From positions 9,828 to 73,827 of the forward strand of contig JAIPFY010000003.1 in NCBI GenBank assembly GCA_021736385.1: DNA of 64,000 bases. Reading direction: 5' to 3'. Shown one piece after another: positions 39,655 through 52,298 of the stretch (position 1 is its first letter; every line of letters starts with the position of its first letter). The notes under the pieces were generated by a model. The model worked only from the letters and a program-made list of their open reading frames with translations, was not told the origin of the DNA and did not search any database. This DNA is from Spirochaetia bacterium (GTDB lineage: Bacteria > Spirochaetota > Spirochaetia > CAKZLE01). A program made the position numbers and the translations under genes.

Positions 39655-42225
39655 CTATTCGACCTCTTCAGGTTCGAGAGGTTCTTCGTTCTCTGGGGTT
39701 TCGATTGTCTCATCTCCAGAGTCTGCCTGAGCAGCAGATTCAGGGACTTCAGTCCCTTCTATATCCTCGACCTCTTCGGCTTCCTCTTCGTTCTTTTCCG
39801 TACTGGCGATCGACACGACCATATCAGGGGCCTGTATATTGGAAATGATCACACCACCGGTATTCCTTCCCTGAACGGGGATCTGGGAGGCGTTGACCCT
39901 GATCGATTGACCCATCAGTGTCACACACATGAAATCATGTTCTTCAGTCAGGCTGAGTGCCCCGGCGATCTCACCGGTCTTTTCAAAGAGCCGGTAACAG
40001 ATCTGCCCCTTCGTAGCACGCGCATGAGGTGAGAAGGTATCATAATCGACCTTCTTGCCATACCCGTTCTCTGTGATGATCAGGATCTTCTCGCTCGTAT
40101 TAACCAGCAATATTCCCGCGATCTCATCGCGTGCAGAGAGCTTCATCCCAGAGACGCCTCGGGTCGCACGTCCCATCGCACGGACCATGGACTCCTTGAA
40201 TCTCAGGCCGAGACCTCTTCGAGAGATGAGCATGACTTCACTGTTCCCATCGGTCAGCAGTGCCTTGACGAGCCGGTCGCCCTCATCAAGCTTGATCGCC
40301 GCGATACCTCTGGTCTTTGCATGTTTGAACAGCGGCAGTTCAACCTTCTTCACCACTCCCTTCGAGGTACCCATGAACACATACGTCCCTTCGGTAAAAT
40401 CCTTAAAGGAGACGATCGCAGTCACATCCTCATCAGGAGAAATCGCAAGGATCGCCTTCAAGTGAGAACCCTTTGTAGTCCGTGTCCCTTCGGGCAGTTC
40501 ATACGCCTTGATCCAATAGGCTTTTCCAGCAGTGGTCACAAACATGATATGGTCATGTGTGGAGGTGATGAACAGATGTTCGACAAAGTCATTATCACGC
40601 AGCTTGGCGGCTTTCGATCCTTTACCGCCTCGTCCCTGGCTTCGGTATTCTGTCGTCGGGACACGTTTGACGAAGCCTTTGTTCGAGACCACGATCACTA
40701 CCGTTTCTTCCCTGATGAGATCTTCCATGTTCATCTCACCGACCTCATCTCTCACGATCTCCGTCTTCCTCTTGTCCCCATATCGTTCAGAGACCTCCAT
40801 GATCTCAGTTCTCACGACACCAAGGATCTTCGCATCACTGCTGAGGAGGTCCTTATAATAGATGATCATCTGCATGAGCTGCTCGAGTTCTTCTATGATT
40901 CTCTGCGTCTCAAGGCTGGTGAGCTTCTGCAGTCTCATATCAAGAATAGCCTTTGCCTGAATCTCAGAGAGTCCGAACCGTTTCCTCAGGTTCTCATTCG
41001 CCAGAGCCACACTTTCAGACTGTTTGATGATACGGATCACTTCATCCACATTATCAAGAGCGATCTTCAGACCCTCGAGGATATGGGCACGCTCTTCAGC
41101 TTTCCGAAGATCATACTGTGTCCTGCGCACAACGACATCGACCCGGTGCCGTACATAGTAGTGGATCATCTCTTTGAGTGACAGCAGTTTTGGCTGGCCT
41201 TCAACGAGGGCAAGGTTGTTTATGTTGAAGTTCGTCTCCAGAGCTGTGTGCAGGAACAGCTGGTTGATCAGAACCTTGGGAACAGCGTTGCGTCTGAGTT
41301 CGATGACCATTCGCATACCGTCTCTATCCGATTCATCCCTGAGATCGGCAATACCTTCGACACGCTTATCACGTACGAGATCTGCGATCTTCTTCAGGAG
41401 ATTCGCCTTATTGACCTGATAGGGGAGCTCTGTGACGATTATCGCATCTCTACCGGATTTCAGTGTATCAAGATGGTACCTGGCCCGAATGACGACCTTT
41501 CCCTTCCCGGTCCGGTACGCATTGCGTATACCGCTTCTTCCATGGATGATACCCTGAGTCGGGAAATCCGGGCCCTTGACGATCTCGCACAGTTCATCAA
41601 ACGTGATCTCGGGGTTATCGATATATGCAGCGATAGCAGCACAGACCTCGGTCATATTATGGGGAGCCATATTGGTAGCCATACCGACGGCGATCCCGCT
41701 TCCTCCATTGACAAGCAGATACGGGACGGATGCCGGGAGCACCAGAGGTTCCTGCATCGAATCATCGTAATTCGGTCCGTAATCGATGGTCTCTTTGTTG
41801 ATATCTTTGAGCATCTCTTCAGCGATGCGGTTCATCTTGGCTTCTGTGTATCGCATGGCTGCAGGTGGATCACCATCGACCGAACCGAAGTTACCCTGTG
41901 GATGTACCACCTGATACCGCATGGAAAAATCCTGAGCCAGACGCACCAGAGCATCATAGATCGACTGATCACCGTGGGGATGGTATTTACCGAGAACATC
42001 ACCTACGATACGTCCACACTTCTTGAATGCCTTATCATGTCTCAGCCCCATCTCATGCATCGAATACAGGATTCTCCGGTGAACAGGTTTCAGCCCGTCC
42101 CTCACATCCGGCAGCGCTCTGCTGACAATAACGGACATGGCATAATTCAGATAGGATTCTTTCATCTCATCTTCTATGGCAATTGGTATCACTCTTTGTC
42201 CAATCTCTTTTTCAATCACATTCAT
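39655..42225 (-). CDS. gyrA: DNA gyrase subunit A
   Basis: RALPDVRDGLKPVHRR, GKYHPHGD, AAMRYTE, GyrA-box QGRGGKG, beta-pinwheel repeats, acidic tail. Confidence 0.98.
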   Translation of the reverse strand: MNVIEKEIGQRVIPIAIEDEMKESYLNYAMSVIVSRALPDVRDGLKPVHRRILYSMHEMGLRHDKAFKKCGRIVGDVLGKYHPHGDQSIYDALVRLAQDFSMRYQVVHPQGNFGSVDGDPPAAMRYTEAKMNRIAEEMLKDINKETIDYGPNYDDSMQEPLVLPASVPYLLVNGGSGIAVGMATNMAPHNMTEVCAAIAAYIDNPEITFDELCEIVKGPDFPTQGIIHGRSGIRNAYRTGKGKVVIRARYHLDTLKSGRDAIIVTELPYQVNKANLLKKIADLVRDKRVEGIADLRDESDRDGMRMVIELRRNAVPKVLINQLFLHTALETNFNINNLALVEGQPKLLSLKEMIHYYVRHRVDVVVRRTQYDLRKAEERAHILEGLKIALDNVDEVIRIIKQSESVALANENLRKRFGLSEIQAKAILDMRLQKLTSLETQRIIEELEQLMQMIIYYKDLLSSDAKILGVVRTEIMEVSERYGDKRKTEIVRDEVGEMNMEDLIREETVVIVVSNKGFVKRVPTTEYRSQGRGGKGSKAAKLRDNDFVEHLFITSTHDHIMFVTTAGKAYWIKAYELPEGTRTTKGSHLKAILAISPDEDVTAIVSFKDFTEGTYVFMGTSKGVVKKVELPLFKHAKTRGIAAIKLDEGDRLVKALLTDGNSEVMLISRRGLGLRFKESMVRAMGRATRGVSGMKLSARDEIAGILLVNTSEKILIITENGYGKKVDYDTFSPHARATKGQICYRLFEKTGEIAGALSLTEEHDFMCVTLMGQSIRVNASQIPVQGRNTGGVIISNIQAPDMVVSIASTEKNEEEAEEVEDIEGTEVPESAAQADSGDETIETPENEEPLEPEEVE

Positions 42226-42240
42226 ACCCTTTATATACTA

Positions 42241-44271
<2,031 letters not shown>

Positions 44272-44469
44272 CTATATATGATTTTTTCTAGCATGTTCGT
44301 ATATTTTGTCATTTTTTTTAAAATAATCTGTCTGTCGCCATTTTTGACACTTGCCAAGATGTCGGGGATCAGGTAGTGCTCACCACAGACCCGATGCCCT
44401 TGATTATTCTTCTGATGAGAGCAAACTTATGGTGATGGATTCTTGTCATTACGTTTGCACTCCTATACA

Positions 44470-45861
44470 ATGCTGGTTATGAATGAGACCCAATATAACT
44501 ATTACGACTTCTGGAAAGAAGTACTGACACAGATCAAAATAGATCTCAACGACCAGGAGTTCACTACCTGGTTCTCCCGTATCGATTATGACTCTTCAAA
44601 AGCAGAGACCATCATCCTCGCAGTCCCTTCAAAGTTCGTCATGGATCAGATCAAGCAGCGATACAGTGCTATGATCACCAAAACGCTCCACGAGCTCTCC
44701 GGTTCCGAACTATCTATTGATTTCATCATCAAGAAGCGAGAAGCAAAGCAGGTCGTCGAAGGAGACTCCACTCCCGAGAGGCCCTCTCAGGAGCGGGCCT
44801 CCTATCATAAGAAACAGACACATCTTGAAGACAAGAGTGCGAATTACTCGTTCGATTCCTTCATCGTAGGGGATAACAGTTCATTTGCCTTCAATGCCTG
44901 CATGGCCATCGCAAAGAACCCGGGGACTGCCTATAACCCATGTCTCATCTATGGTGGTGTAGGTCTCGGGAAGACACACCTCATACAATCTGTGGGAAAA
45001 TATGTCAGTGAGAACATACCTGAGATGAAAGTCACCTATGTGACCGCTGAAGCTTTCACCAATGAGTTCATCCAGGCCATCGGGGATAAGAAGATCCAGC
45101 CATTCAAGAACAAGTACCGAAAAGTCGATATACTCCTCATTGATGATATTCATTTTCTCCAAGGTAAGGAGTCTACTCAAGAGGAGCTGTTTCACACGTT
45201 CAATGATCTGTATGATTCAAACAAACAGATGATATTCACCTGTGACCGACCGGTATCAGAACTGAAAAAACTGGCTGCACGTCTACGAAGCAGGTTCGAA
45301 AGAGGGCTGAATGTCGATCTTCAGCCTCCAAACTATGAGACTCGACTGGCTATCCTGCGGAAGAAATGTGTCGATCACAACTACGCCATCGCTGATGAGA
45401 TCCTGAGTTTTATCAGCAGGAACATCAACACCAACGTCAGAGACCTTGAGGCCTCGCTCACGAAACTCATCGCCTATTCGAAGTTGCTCAATAAAGAGGT
45501 GACCCTGAAGATCGCACAGGAACAGCTGAAGGATTCATACTCCCTGAACCGTGATCACAGCATAGCCATCGAGACGATCCAGAAGGTAGTAGCTGACTAT
45601 TTCAATCTATCCTATATCGAACTCAGAAGTAAGAAACGAACACGAGCTATCGCTGTCCCAAGACAGATAGCGATGTATATTGCCCGCAACATGACTGACT
45701 ATTCTACCACGGAGATCGGTTATGACTTTGGTGGAAGAGATCATACGACCGTGATGCATGCATGCCAGAAGATAGAGTCACTGATCCAGACCGACTCCTC
45801 CATGGATAACACCATCCAGAAACTCATGCGTGATATCAAAGAGTATAAACGGGATTCCTGA
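44470..45861 (+). CDS. dnaA: chromosomal replication initiator DnaA
   Basis: YNPCLIYGGVGLGKTHL, LLIDDIHF, RLRSRF, NVRDLE, domain IV GGRDHTTVMHA. Start 44470 or 44479. Confidence 0.98.
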   Translation: MLVMNETQYNYYDFWKEVLTQIKIDLNDQEFTTWFSRIDYDSSKAETIILAVPSKFVMDQIKQRYSAMITKTLHELSGSELSIDFIIKKREAKQVVEGDSTPERPSQERASYHKKQTHLEDKSANYSFDSFIVGDNSSFAFNACMAIAKNPGTAYNPCLIYGGVGLGKTHLIQSVGKYVSENIPEMKVTYVTAEAFTNEFIQAIGDKKIQPFKNKYRKVDILLIDDIHFLQGKESTQEELFHTFNDLYDSNKQMIFTCDRPVSELKKLAARLRSRFERGLNVDLQPPNYETRLAILRKKCVDHNYAIADEILSFISRNINTNVRDLEASLTKLIAYSKLLNKEVTLKIAQEQLKDSYSLNRDHSIAIETIQKVVADYFNLSYIELRSKKRTRAIAVPRQIAMYIARNMTDYSTTEIGYDFGGRDHTTVMHACQKIESLIQTDSSMDNTIQKLMRDIKEYKRDS

Positions 45862-45959
45862 ACATTTCACAAGCAGAACAGCAAGAGTTCTGATCTGCTT
45901 GTGAAATGACACAGGAGCCACACGGCCCTTTTTATGCAATTAATTAACTCATAACATAT

Positions 45960-46235
45960 TACTTATACCAAGTCTCAGGTTGTCCACAGGTTGTACATAT
46001 GCGAAAAATGACCTGTTCATAACTTCTTGATAACATAGGGATAACCTGTGGATTTTTATCAATTAATTGTGGATAATATGCTATAGTTGTTGATAGAGTG
46101 GATAGAATGTGGATAGAAAGACAGAGTTATGCACGTGTGGAATTCCTTTTTACCTGTTACCGGTTAACAGATTAAAAAAGTTATACACAGTGTCCACAGA
46201 CCCTATTACTACTACTATTAATATTATTATACTAA
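45960..46235. other. oriC (DnaA-box cluster, DnaA-trios, AT-rich unwinding element)
   Basis: TTGTCCACA 45980, TGTGGATTT 46047, TGTGGATAA 46068 (perfect), TGTGGATAG 46108, TTATACACA 46181 and GTGTCCACA 46190, then CTATTACTACTACTATTAATATTATTATAC, all in the dnaA-dnaN gap. Confidence 0.9.
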
Positions 46236-46253
46236 CCATAGTAAGGAGCTAGT

Positions 46254-47357
46254 ATGAAATTCACATCATCAAAAACAGCTTTGCTCAAAGCAATAATGAT
46301 CGCACAGGATATCATATCATCCAGGAACACCCTTTCGATATTATCGAATGTCCTGCTGGAAACAGCCAACAACCTGTTGACGATAAAAGCTACTGATTTG
46401 AGTGTGAGTTTCGAAACACAGATAACGGTAGATACGGTAGAGGCAGGCAGCACTACGATCTACTGTGACAAACTGCTTGGTATCCTGCGTTCACTTCCTG
46501 AGGGAGAGATAGAGATAGATCAGCTGGACTCACAGGTAGTCATACGACCACTGTTTCAAAAAATTGATTTTCATCTTCGCAGTATCAGTTCAGAGAAGTA
46601 TCCAGAGATGAAGATCTGTGATGAACAGCTTTACTTTACCGTCTCCAGCAGAGATCTCATAGCAATGATCGATCAGACTATCTTCTCAGTATCCGATGAT
46701 ACCACACGATATTTTCTCAATGGTGTCTATCTTGAGAATGGGGGGAATGGACTGGTTATGGTAGCCACCGATGGCAGAAGACTCTCGTATATGAACAGGA
46801 TCATCGAAGAGGAACTACCATCGTTCAAACCTGTCATCATCCCTCCTAAATTCCTCAATCTCATAAAAAAACTGTGTGCTCAAGATACACAGCTGGAACT
46901 GGCCATACATGATAACTTCATTTTTGCCAGATTCGATACACATAAGATATCATCCACATTGATCGATGGAAAATTTCCCAACTACCGACGGGTGGTACCG
47001 GAAAAACAGCACTTTCAGTGCATCATCGACCGCGAGATGTTCCTGGAAGCATTGAAACGAGTGTCACTCCTGGTCGAACAGAAATCAAAACGTCTGTTCA
47101 TAGAGATATCCAATGAGCATGTGAGACTCTCGTCAGAAGAGAGCGAAATCGGAAAAGCAGAAGAAGAGATTCCCTGTGAATACTACGGTGAACCTATCAC
47201 ACTGGCGATAAACTACAATTATGCACTGAACCCATTGAAGGTCATTCACGAAGAGCGAGTCAGTATCAGTTTCACTGAACCGAACAGAGCCATCACACTC
47301 GGGCCTTTCCCTGAGAAGGACTACTTTCACATCATCATGCCAATGCAGCTAGACTGA
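46254..47357 (+). CDS. dnaN: DNA polymerase III beta clamp
   Basis: ILSNVLL, ATDL, TRYFLNGV, VATDGRRL, LIDGKFPNYRRV, IIMPMQL. Confidence 0.98.
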   Translation: MKFTSSKTALLKAIMIAQDIISSRNTLSILSNVLLETANNLLTIKATDLSVSFETQITVDTVEAGSTTIYCDKLLGILRSLPEGEIEIDQLDSQVVIRPLFQKIDFHLRSISSEKYPEMKICDEQLYFTVSSRDLIAMIDQTIFSVSDDTTRYFLNGVYLENGGNGLVMVATDGRRLSYMNRIIEEELPSFKPVIIPPKFLNLIKKLCAQDTQLELAIHDNFIFARFDTHKISSTLIDGKFPNYRRVVPEKQHFQCIIDREMFLEALKRVSLLVEQKSKRLFIEISNEHVRLSSEESEIGKAEEEIPCEYYGEPITLAINYNYALNPLKVIHEERVSISFTEPNRAITLGPFPEKDYFHIIMPMQLD

Positions 47358-48448
47358 TGCTCATAGAGTCCATACAGACCTATAATTTCAGGAATCTCAC
47401 TCCTTCACTGGTTGATACCAACCATCAGCACATCACGCTCACAGGAGATAACGGGCAGGGAAAATCGAATTTGCTTGAAGCTGTATACATTATCTGCTAT
47501 GGGTCCTCCTTCAGAAGCCGGTCTCATAAACAGCTGATCCGCTTCAATGAAAAAGAGATGTCTCTCATAGCACAGATCCGTACACAGGATCGGCATCATA
47601 CGGTAAAACTGACGATTCAAGATGGAAAACGAAGGATCTACATCGATGATACGGAGATATCAGACAGGAAGGCTCTGTTCTCCATCTGTACATCCATCAT
47701 CTTTTCCCATGAGGATATGGATTTTGTTCAGGGAGCTCCGGCTGAACAGAGGCGATTCTTCGATCAGACGAACTCGCTGATCAATGAACGGTATATCGAT
47801 GACCTTCGCATGATGAACATGATCGTGAAACAGCGGAATGCCGTATTACGACAGAAAGATCACAGCATACTTGCTATTTATGACCAGAAGCTCGCAGAGG
47901 TCGGGATACAGATACAGCAGCAGCGTGAAGAGACCGTACGCTCATTCAATGAGCTGTTCCCTGACCTGTTTGAAACGGTGTCAGCTGATGGTATACATCC
48001 TGAGATCAAATATGTACCATCCTGGAAACAGGCTTCATGCGTGGAAGATGCGATACGGATCCTGCAGAATAGTCATGAGCGGGATGCGAAGTATGAGATG
48101 ACCACCACCGGTCCTCATAGAGATAAATATCAGTTTATCGAACATACACGTGATTTCATCGAGACTGCATCGACCGGACAACGAAGACTTGCAGCACTGG
48201 TGTTGAAAAGTACGCAGGCCCTGCTGTATGAACAGGCAACGGGAAACAAGCCCGTGCTGCTGCTTGATGATGTTCTGCTTGAATTGGATATCAAGAAACG
48301 AGAACGGTTCTTATCATCATTGGCCTCATACGACCAGGCTTTTTTCACCTTTTTACCTGATGAGTCCTATTTCAAGAAAGATTCCTATGATAGTATCGCC
48401 TATCACGTGGAGAGGGGATCATATAGCACTCATGAAGAAAGCTGCTGA
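47357..48448 (+). CDS. recF: DNA replication/repair protein RecF
   Basis: NFRNL, GDNGQGKSNLLEA, ERRRF-like QRRFFD, GPHRD, STGQRR, LLLDDVLLELD. Confidence 0.96.
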   Translation: MLIESIQTYNFRNLTPSLVDTNHQHITLTGDNGQGKSNLLEAVYIICYGSSFRSRSHKQLIRFNEKEMSLIAQIRTQDRHHTVKLTIQDGKRRIYIDDTEISDRKALFSICTSIIFSHEDMDFVQGAPAEQRRFFDQTNSLINERYIDDLRMMNMIVKQRNAVLRQKDHSILAIYDQKLAEVGIQIQQQREETVRSFNELFPDLFETVSADGIHPEIKYVPSWKQASCVEDAIRILQNSHERDAKYEMTTTGPHRDKYQFIEHTRDFIETASTGQRRLAALVLKSTQALLYEQATGNKPVLLLDDVLLELDIKKRERFLSSLASYDQAFFTFLPDESYFKKDSYDSIAYHVERGSYSTHEESC

Positions 48449-48713
48449 TTTTATCAATGAAATCTTCACATCTATCCATATGGACGAAGAACAGGATGCT
48501 GTTTCTCTGTTCCAGAGCTGGGAGATGGTAGTAGGGACCGATATTGCAGCACATTCTCATATTCATGAACTGGAGGGTGCGACGCTGATCATCTATGTCG
48601 ATCATCCTGGCTGGATTCAGATGATAGATCTTCGTAAACGTAGTATACTAAGGAAGATAAGAATCAAGTATCCGGAACTGGATATACAGAAAATACTCCT
48701 TCGGCTGGGTTGA
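48432..48713 (+). CDS. DUF721 / DciA family protein
   Basis: WEMVVGTDIAAHS...LIIYVDHPGW...; conserved position after recF. Confidence 0.85.
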   Translation: MKKAADFINEIFTSIHMDEEQDAVSLFQSWEMVVGTDIAAHSHIHELEGATLIIYVDHPGWIQMIDLRKRSILRKIRIKYPELDIQKILLRLG

Positions 48714-48813
48714 CAAAATGTGATTCTTAACAGTATACTGCCTCACTCGATGGTGTGTACTTAGCATACTTGAAAAAAACCCGCGAAAGCGATGATATAG
48801 GGAGAATATCCTA

Positions 48814-48969
48814 ATGAAAAGAACCTACCAACCAAGTAGAGTGAAAAGAAACAGAAAATTCGGGTTCAGAGCTCGGATGAAAACAGTCGGTGGTCGTCTC
48901 GTACTGGCCAGAAGAAGAAAGAAAGGTAGAGCTAAACTCTCTGTTGCGGATGAGAAAAAGCCTTACTAA
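48814..48969 (+). CDS. rpmH: 50S ribosomal protein L34
   Basis: Hand translation [51 protein letters not shown] (51 aa; below the ORF-track cutoff); GGAG RBS. Confidence 0.98.
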   Translation: MKRTYQPSRVKRNRKFGFRARMKTVGGRLVLARRRKKGRAKLSVADEKKPY

Positions 48970-49294
48970 AAAACAGATTGTTAGCAAAAAGTCTGACATA
49001 AGTCATATTTTTAAGGATGGGGCGGCTGTTTCAGTACGAGGCGCAAAATTAATTTATACGAAGAATGACCTGGGTTATTCCCGTATCATAATTATACCTG
49101 CAAGAAAATTCGGTAATGCTGTTGAACGGAACACCGTAAAACGTAAGCTGAAAGAACTATTCAGGACAGAAATAGATTGCCTTGTACAAGGATATGATCT
49201 AGCCTGTATTGTCTATCCGGGAAGAGTGTATGATTACAATGAACGTAGAAGTCAATTCTATGAACTCATAGGGAAAGCAGGTCTATTAATCTGA
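48950..49294 (+). CDS. rnpA: ribonuclease P protein component
   Basis: [21 protein letters not shown] motif; follows rpmH. Confidence 0.93.
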   Translation: MRKSLTKKQIVSKKSDISHIFKDGAAVSVRGAKLIYTKNDLGYSRIIIIPARKFGNAVERNTVKRKLKELFRTEIDCLVQGYDLACIVYPGRVYDYNERRSQFYELIGKAGLLI

Positions 49295-49384
49295 TAGACC
49301 CGCTTCTTTTTATATATTCCTTTGTTCTTATCCTTAAACATACTGCTCATGGATAGACTGCTCATGTACAATTTAGGAGTAGAT

Positions 49385-51265
49385 ATGGATAAGAGGACTT
49401 TACTGGCTGTAGTGTTATCAGTCATAATCATCACGGTCGGCTTTACGATACAGAGTGTCTTTTTCATGCCAGAACCGTCGGCAACAGAGATCGTCTCACA
49501 ACCTGCTGCGAACTCTTCCACACAGACAACCACCACCGATACCCCACAGACTGCTTCATTGAACACTCCCTCATCACTGGTCTATGAATCTGGTGTTCCC
49601 GGATCGGTTCAACCTCTTGGACAGGATCCCGAGGATGAACAGATCATTATAGAGAATGCCGTGTTCAGAGCAATATTCACCTCAAAGGGTGGAGCACTTG
49701 TCAGCATGGAGATGAAAAAACATCTTGATGATGGCATACCTGTGGATATGATATTCAATTCACGTGATGATCAGGCGGCCTTCTACCTCTACTTCGGTGG
49801 CGATACCGAGAACCCGGTAGACTGTACCTTCGATTACACGCGTATTGATGATTACACGGTAGAGTTCTATCGTGATTTTGCCATTGTGGGTGAAGACGGA
49901 GAGGTCTCAGACGAGTCATTCACCGTACGAAAGACGTTCGTCTTCAGTGAGCAGGATTATCTGTTTGAGGTCTATGTCTCCTTTGAGAACAGTGTGAATC
50001 AGATCATCCCTCTGAACTATGACGGGTTTGCCTATACCATCGCCTATGAACCGCAGATAGGTCCTGAATTCTATGAGGAACTTGATGGACGCTATACCTT
50101 CAGAAAATTCTACACCTATGAAGATGGCAAGAAGAATCTCATCAAACTGAAGAACGGCGAATACGTGACCAATGATTTCATCTCATGGGCATCCCTTACG
50201 GGTAAGTATTTTACCGTCATCGGTGTACCTGATGCGACTTCGTACCGTGTGAGTCTTAGAGAGAATGCTGTAGAGGGAATCCCCCAGGGATCCCAGATGT
50301 ATTTCAGCAGACCGGTTATTCGCAGTTCAGCGAATACGGATGTCTTCAGATTCTATATGGGTCCTATTCTCAAACAGGATCTTTCCATCTATAACAAGGC
50401 ATCAGATAACGGGTTCGGCCTGTCCGATCTGCAGCTTGATAAGGCTGTCGATTCCAGTTCATGGCTTGGCTGGCTTGAAACGGTACTGAAATGGCTGCTT
50501 GCCTTCTTCTACTCGATCATACCGAACTATGGTGTTGCGATCATCCTGTTAACGATCCTGATCAAGGTGGTTCTCTACCCTATCACAAAGAAGACGTTCT
50601 CATCGACAGCGAAGATGGCAGCTCTGGCGCCGCAGATAGAAGAGATCAAAGAGAAATACAAAGATAATCCCAATAAGCTGAATGCAGAGACGGCAGAGCT
50701 GTATAAGCGAGAGAAAGTCAATCCTATGGGTGGATGTCTTCCCATGCTGCTGCAGTTCCCCATCTTCATAGCGCTCTACGGCTTGCTGAACAAACATTTC
50801 GAGCTCCGTGGTGCCGTGTTCATCCCTGGGTGGATCACAGACCTCTCATTGCCTGAATCGATCTTCAGCTTCGCTCCGATATCTATCCCCTTCGTCGGGA
50901 GTGATATCAGATTACTGCCGATCCTCTATGTGGGTTCTATGATCTTTTCCATGAAGCAGAGTCAGTCGGCAACAGCAGGTACTGCACAGACCCAGAGCAT
51001 GAACAAGATGATGATCTACTTCATGCCGATCATGTTCTTCTTCATCCTCTATAATGCCCCATCCGGTCTGATCCTCTACTGGTCTGTCATGAACCTGTTC
51101 ACGATCATCCAGCAGAAAGTCACTACGAGCATGAAGGTGCATGAGATCGAGGAAGAGAAAGCGCATCCTGAGCTGAAGATCGTGAAGAAAGAGTCCAGTA
51201 CTGCAGGAAACGGTAAGAAGAAGGGGAAATCATCTAAGATAGCCCCTAAGAGATCTAAGAAATGA
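49385..51265 (+). CDS. yidC: membrane protein insertase YidC
   Basis: MDKRTLLAVVLS, large periplasmic domain, NYGVAIILLT, NPMGGCLPMLLQFPIF, WITDLS, PSGLILYW; TTAGGAG RBS. Confidence 0.96.
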   Translation: MDKRTLLAVVLSVIIITVGFTIQSVFFMPEPSATEIVSQPAANSSTQTTTTDTPQTASLNTPSSLVYESGVPGSVQPLGQDPEDEQIIIENAVFRAIFTSKGGALVSMEMKKHLDDGIPVDMIFNSRDDQAAFYLYFGGDTENPVDCTFDYTRIDDYTVEFYRDFAIVGEDGEVSDESFTVRKTFVFSEQDYLFEVYVSFENSVNQIIPLNYDGFAYTIAYEPQIGPEFYEELDGRYTFRKFYTYEDGKKNLIKLKNGEYVTNDFISWASLTGKYFTVIGVPDATSYRVSLRENAVEGIPQGSQMYFSRPVIRSSANTDVFRFYMGPILKQDLSIYNKASDNGFGLSDLQLDKAVDSSSWLGWLETVLKWLLAFFYSIIPNYGVAIILLTILIKVVLYPITKKTFSSTAKMAALAPQIEEIKEKYKDNPNKLNAETAELYKREKVNPMGGCLPMLLQFPIFIALYGLLNKHFELRGAVFIPGWITDLSLPESIFSFAPISIPFVGSDIRLLPILYVGSMIFSMKQSQSATAGTAQTQSMNKMMIYFMPIMFFFILYNAPSGLILYWSVMNLFTIIQQKVTTSMKVHEIEEEKAHPELKIVKKESSTAGNGKKKGKSSKIAPKRSKK

Positions 51266-51318
51266 TCGTAAGGAGTATAGTGATATACAGTGAAATTCAG
51301 GCTCTAAGGAGATAATAT

Positions 51319-52044
51319 ATGACAAGAGATTTTGAGGGAAAGACTGAACAGGAAGCAATCGATAATGCTGCCAAGGAACTCAGTCTTGATAGAGAGAATT
51401 TTGATGTTGAGATCGTTGATCCCGGGAAGAAAGGGTTCTTCAAGAAGAGCAATGTAAAGATCAGGATTCATCTGCACAATGATAAGAACATCGAACCGAA
51501 GAAGGTTCAGAGAAGCGAACCGGTAGTACCAGCGAAGAACGAGAATGATTTTGAGAAGAGTGTCATAGATTTTGTGAAGAATGTGATCGAGAAGATGGGC
51601 TATTCTGCAGAGGTTCAGATAGCATATCGTAAGGATAACAAGCTTGGACTGAATATCGTCTCTTCGAATTCTGCGATCATCATCGGAAAGAAAGGTAAGA
51701 ACCTTGATGCTCTGCAGCTGCTTGCCAATGTGTATGCTGGACAGTTGGATAATACCAAAAAGATCATTGTGGATGCAGAGAACTATAGAATACGACATGA
51801 AGAACAGCTGGTGAGGATGGCGTACAGGACAGCAGTCCAGGTGAAGAAGACCAGAAAGTCAAAACTCCTGGAACCGATGAACCCCTTTGAACGAAGGTTG
51901 ATCCATACGGCACTGAACGATGTGGTGGATGTGGAGACCAAGAGTGAAGGTGAGGGGTTGTATAAGCAAGTCAGGATCATCTACAAGGGCAGTTCACAAC
52001 GCAGCTCGGATTCATCCGTTTCCAGTAGGGATGATCTGCTGTAA
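51319..52044 (+). CDS. jag: Jag/EloR/KhpB RNA-binding protein
   Basis: Jag_N (GKTEQEAI), KH (IIGKKGKNLDALQ), R3H (PMNPFERRLIH). Confidence 0.95.
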   Translation: MTRDFEGKTEQEAIDNAAKELSLDRENFDVEIVDPGKKGFFKKSNVKIRIHLHNDKNIEPKKVQRSEPVVPAKNENDFEKSVIDFVKNVIEKMGYSAEVQIAYRKDNKLGLNIVSSNSAIIIGKKGKNLDALQLLANVYAGQLDNTKKIIVDAENYRIRHEEQLVRMAYRTAVQVKKTRKSKLLEPMNPFERRLIHTALNDVVDVETKSEGEGLYKQVRIIYKGSSQRSSDSSVSSRDDLL

Positions 52045-52060
52045 CCCGATCGTACGAAAC

Positions 52061-52086
52061 AAGGCTGCAGCAGATGCAGCCTTTTT
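52061..52086 (+). terminator. intrinsic terminator after jag
   Basis: AAGGCTGCA-GCAGA-TGCAGCCTT followed by TTT. Confidence 0.8.
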
Positions 52087-52298
52087 CACGTGTGCAGGGA
52101 ATGAAGCACGAGAGACACCGGCTCTGATCGATCATCGTATGAGCTGGTAATGTGTGTGCTATACGAGAAAGATACTGGGGAATGAGAGCGTACATTGGAA
52201 CTGAGTGCGAGAATCCGATACCATAGCTGAATATGCTGTCTGCATGGTTTTTTACACGTGATATGGTCCGACTCATGAACGCAACATGGAGGGATTAC

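Noticed and set aside
45862-46253. Dam/SeqA-type origin control, suggested by abundant GATC in the window
   Set aside because: The origin itself contains only one GATC that I could see, so there is no E. coli-like GATC enrichment at oriC.
52087-52298. Possible SAM riboswitch in the long metK leader
   Set aside because: No SAM-I/II/III consensus elements or terminator/antiterminator pair were recognised by eye; an Rfam scan would be definitive.
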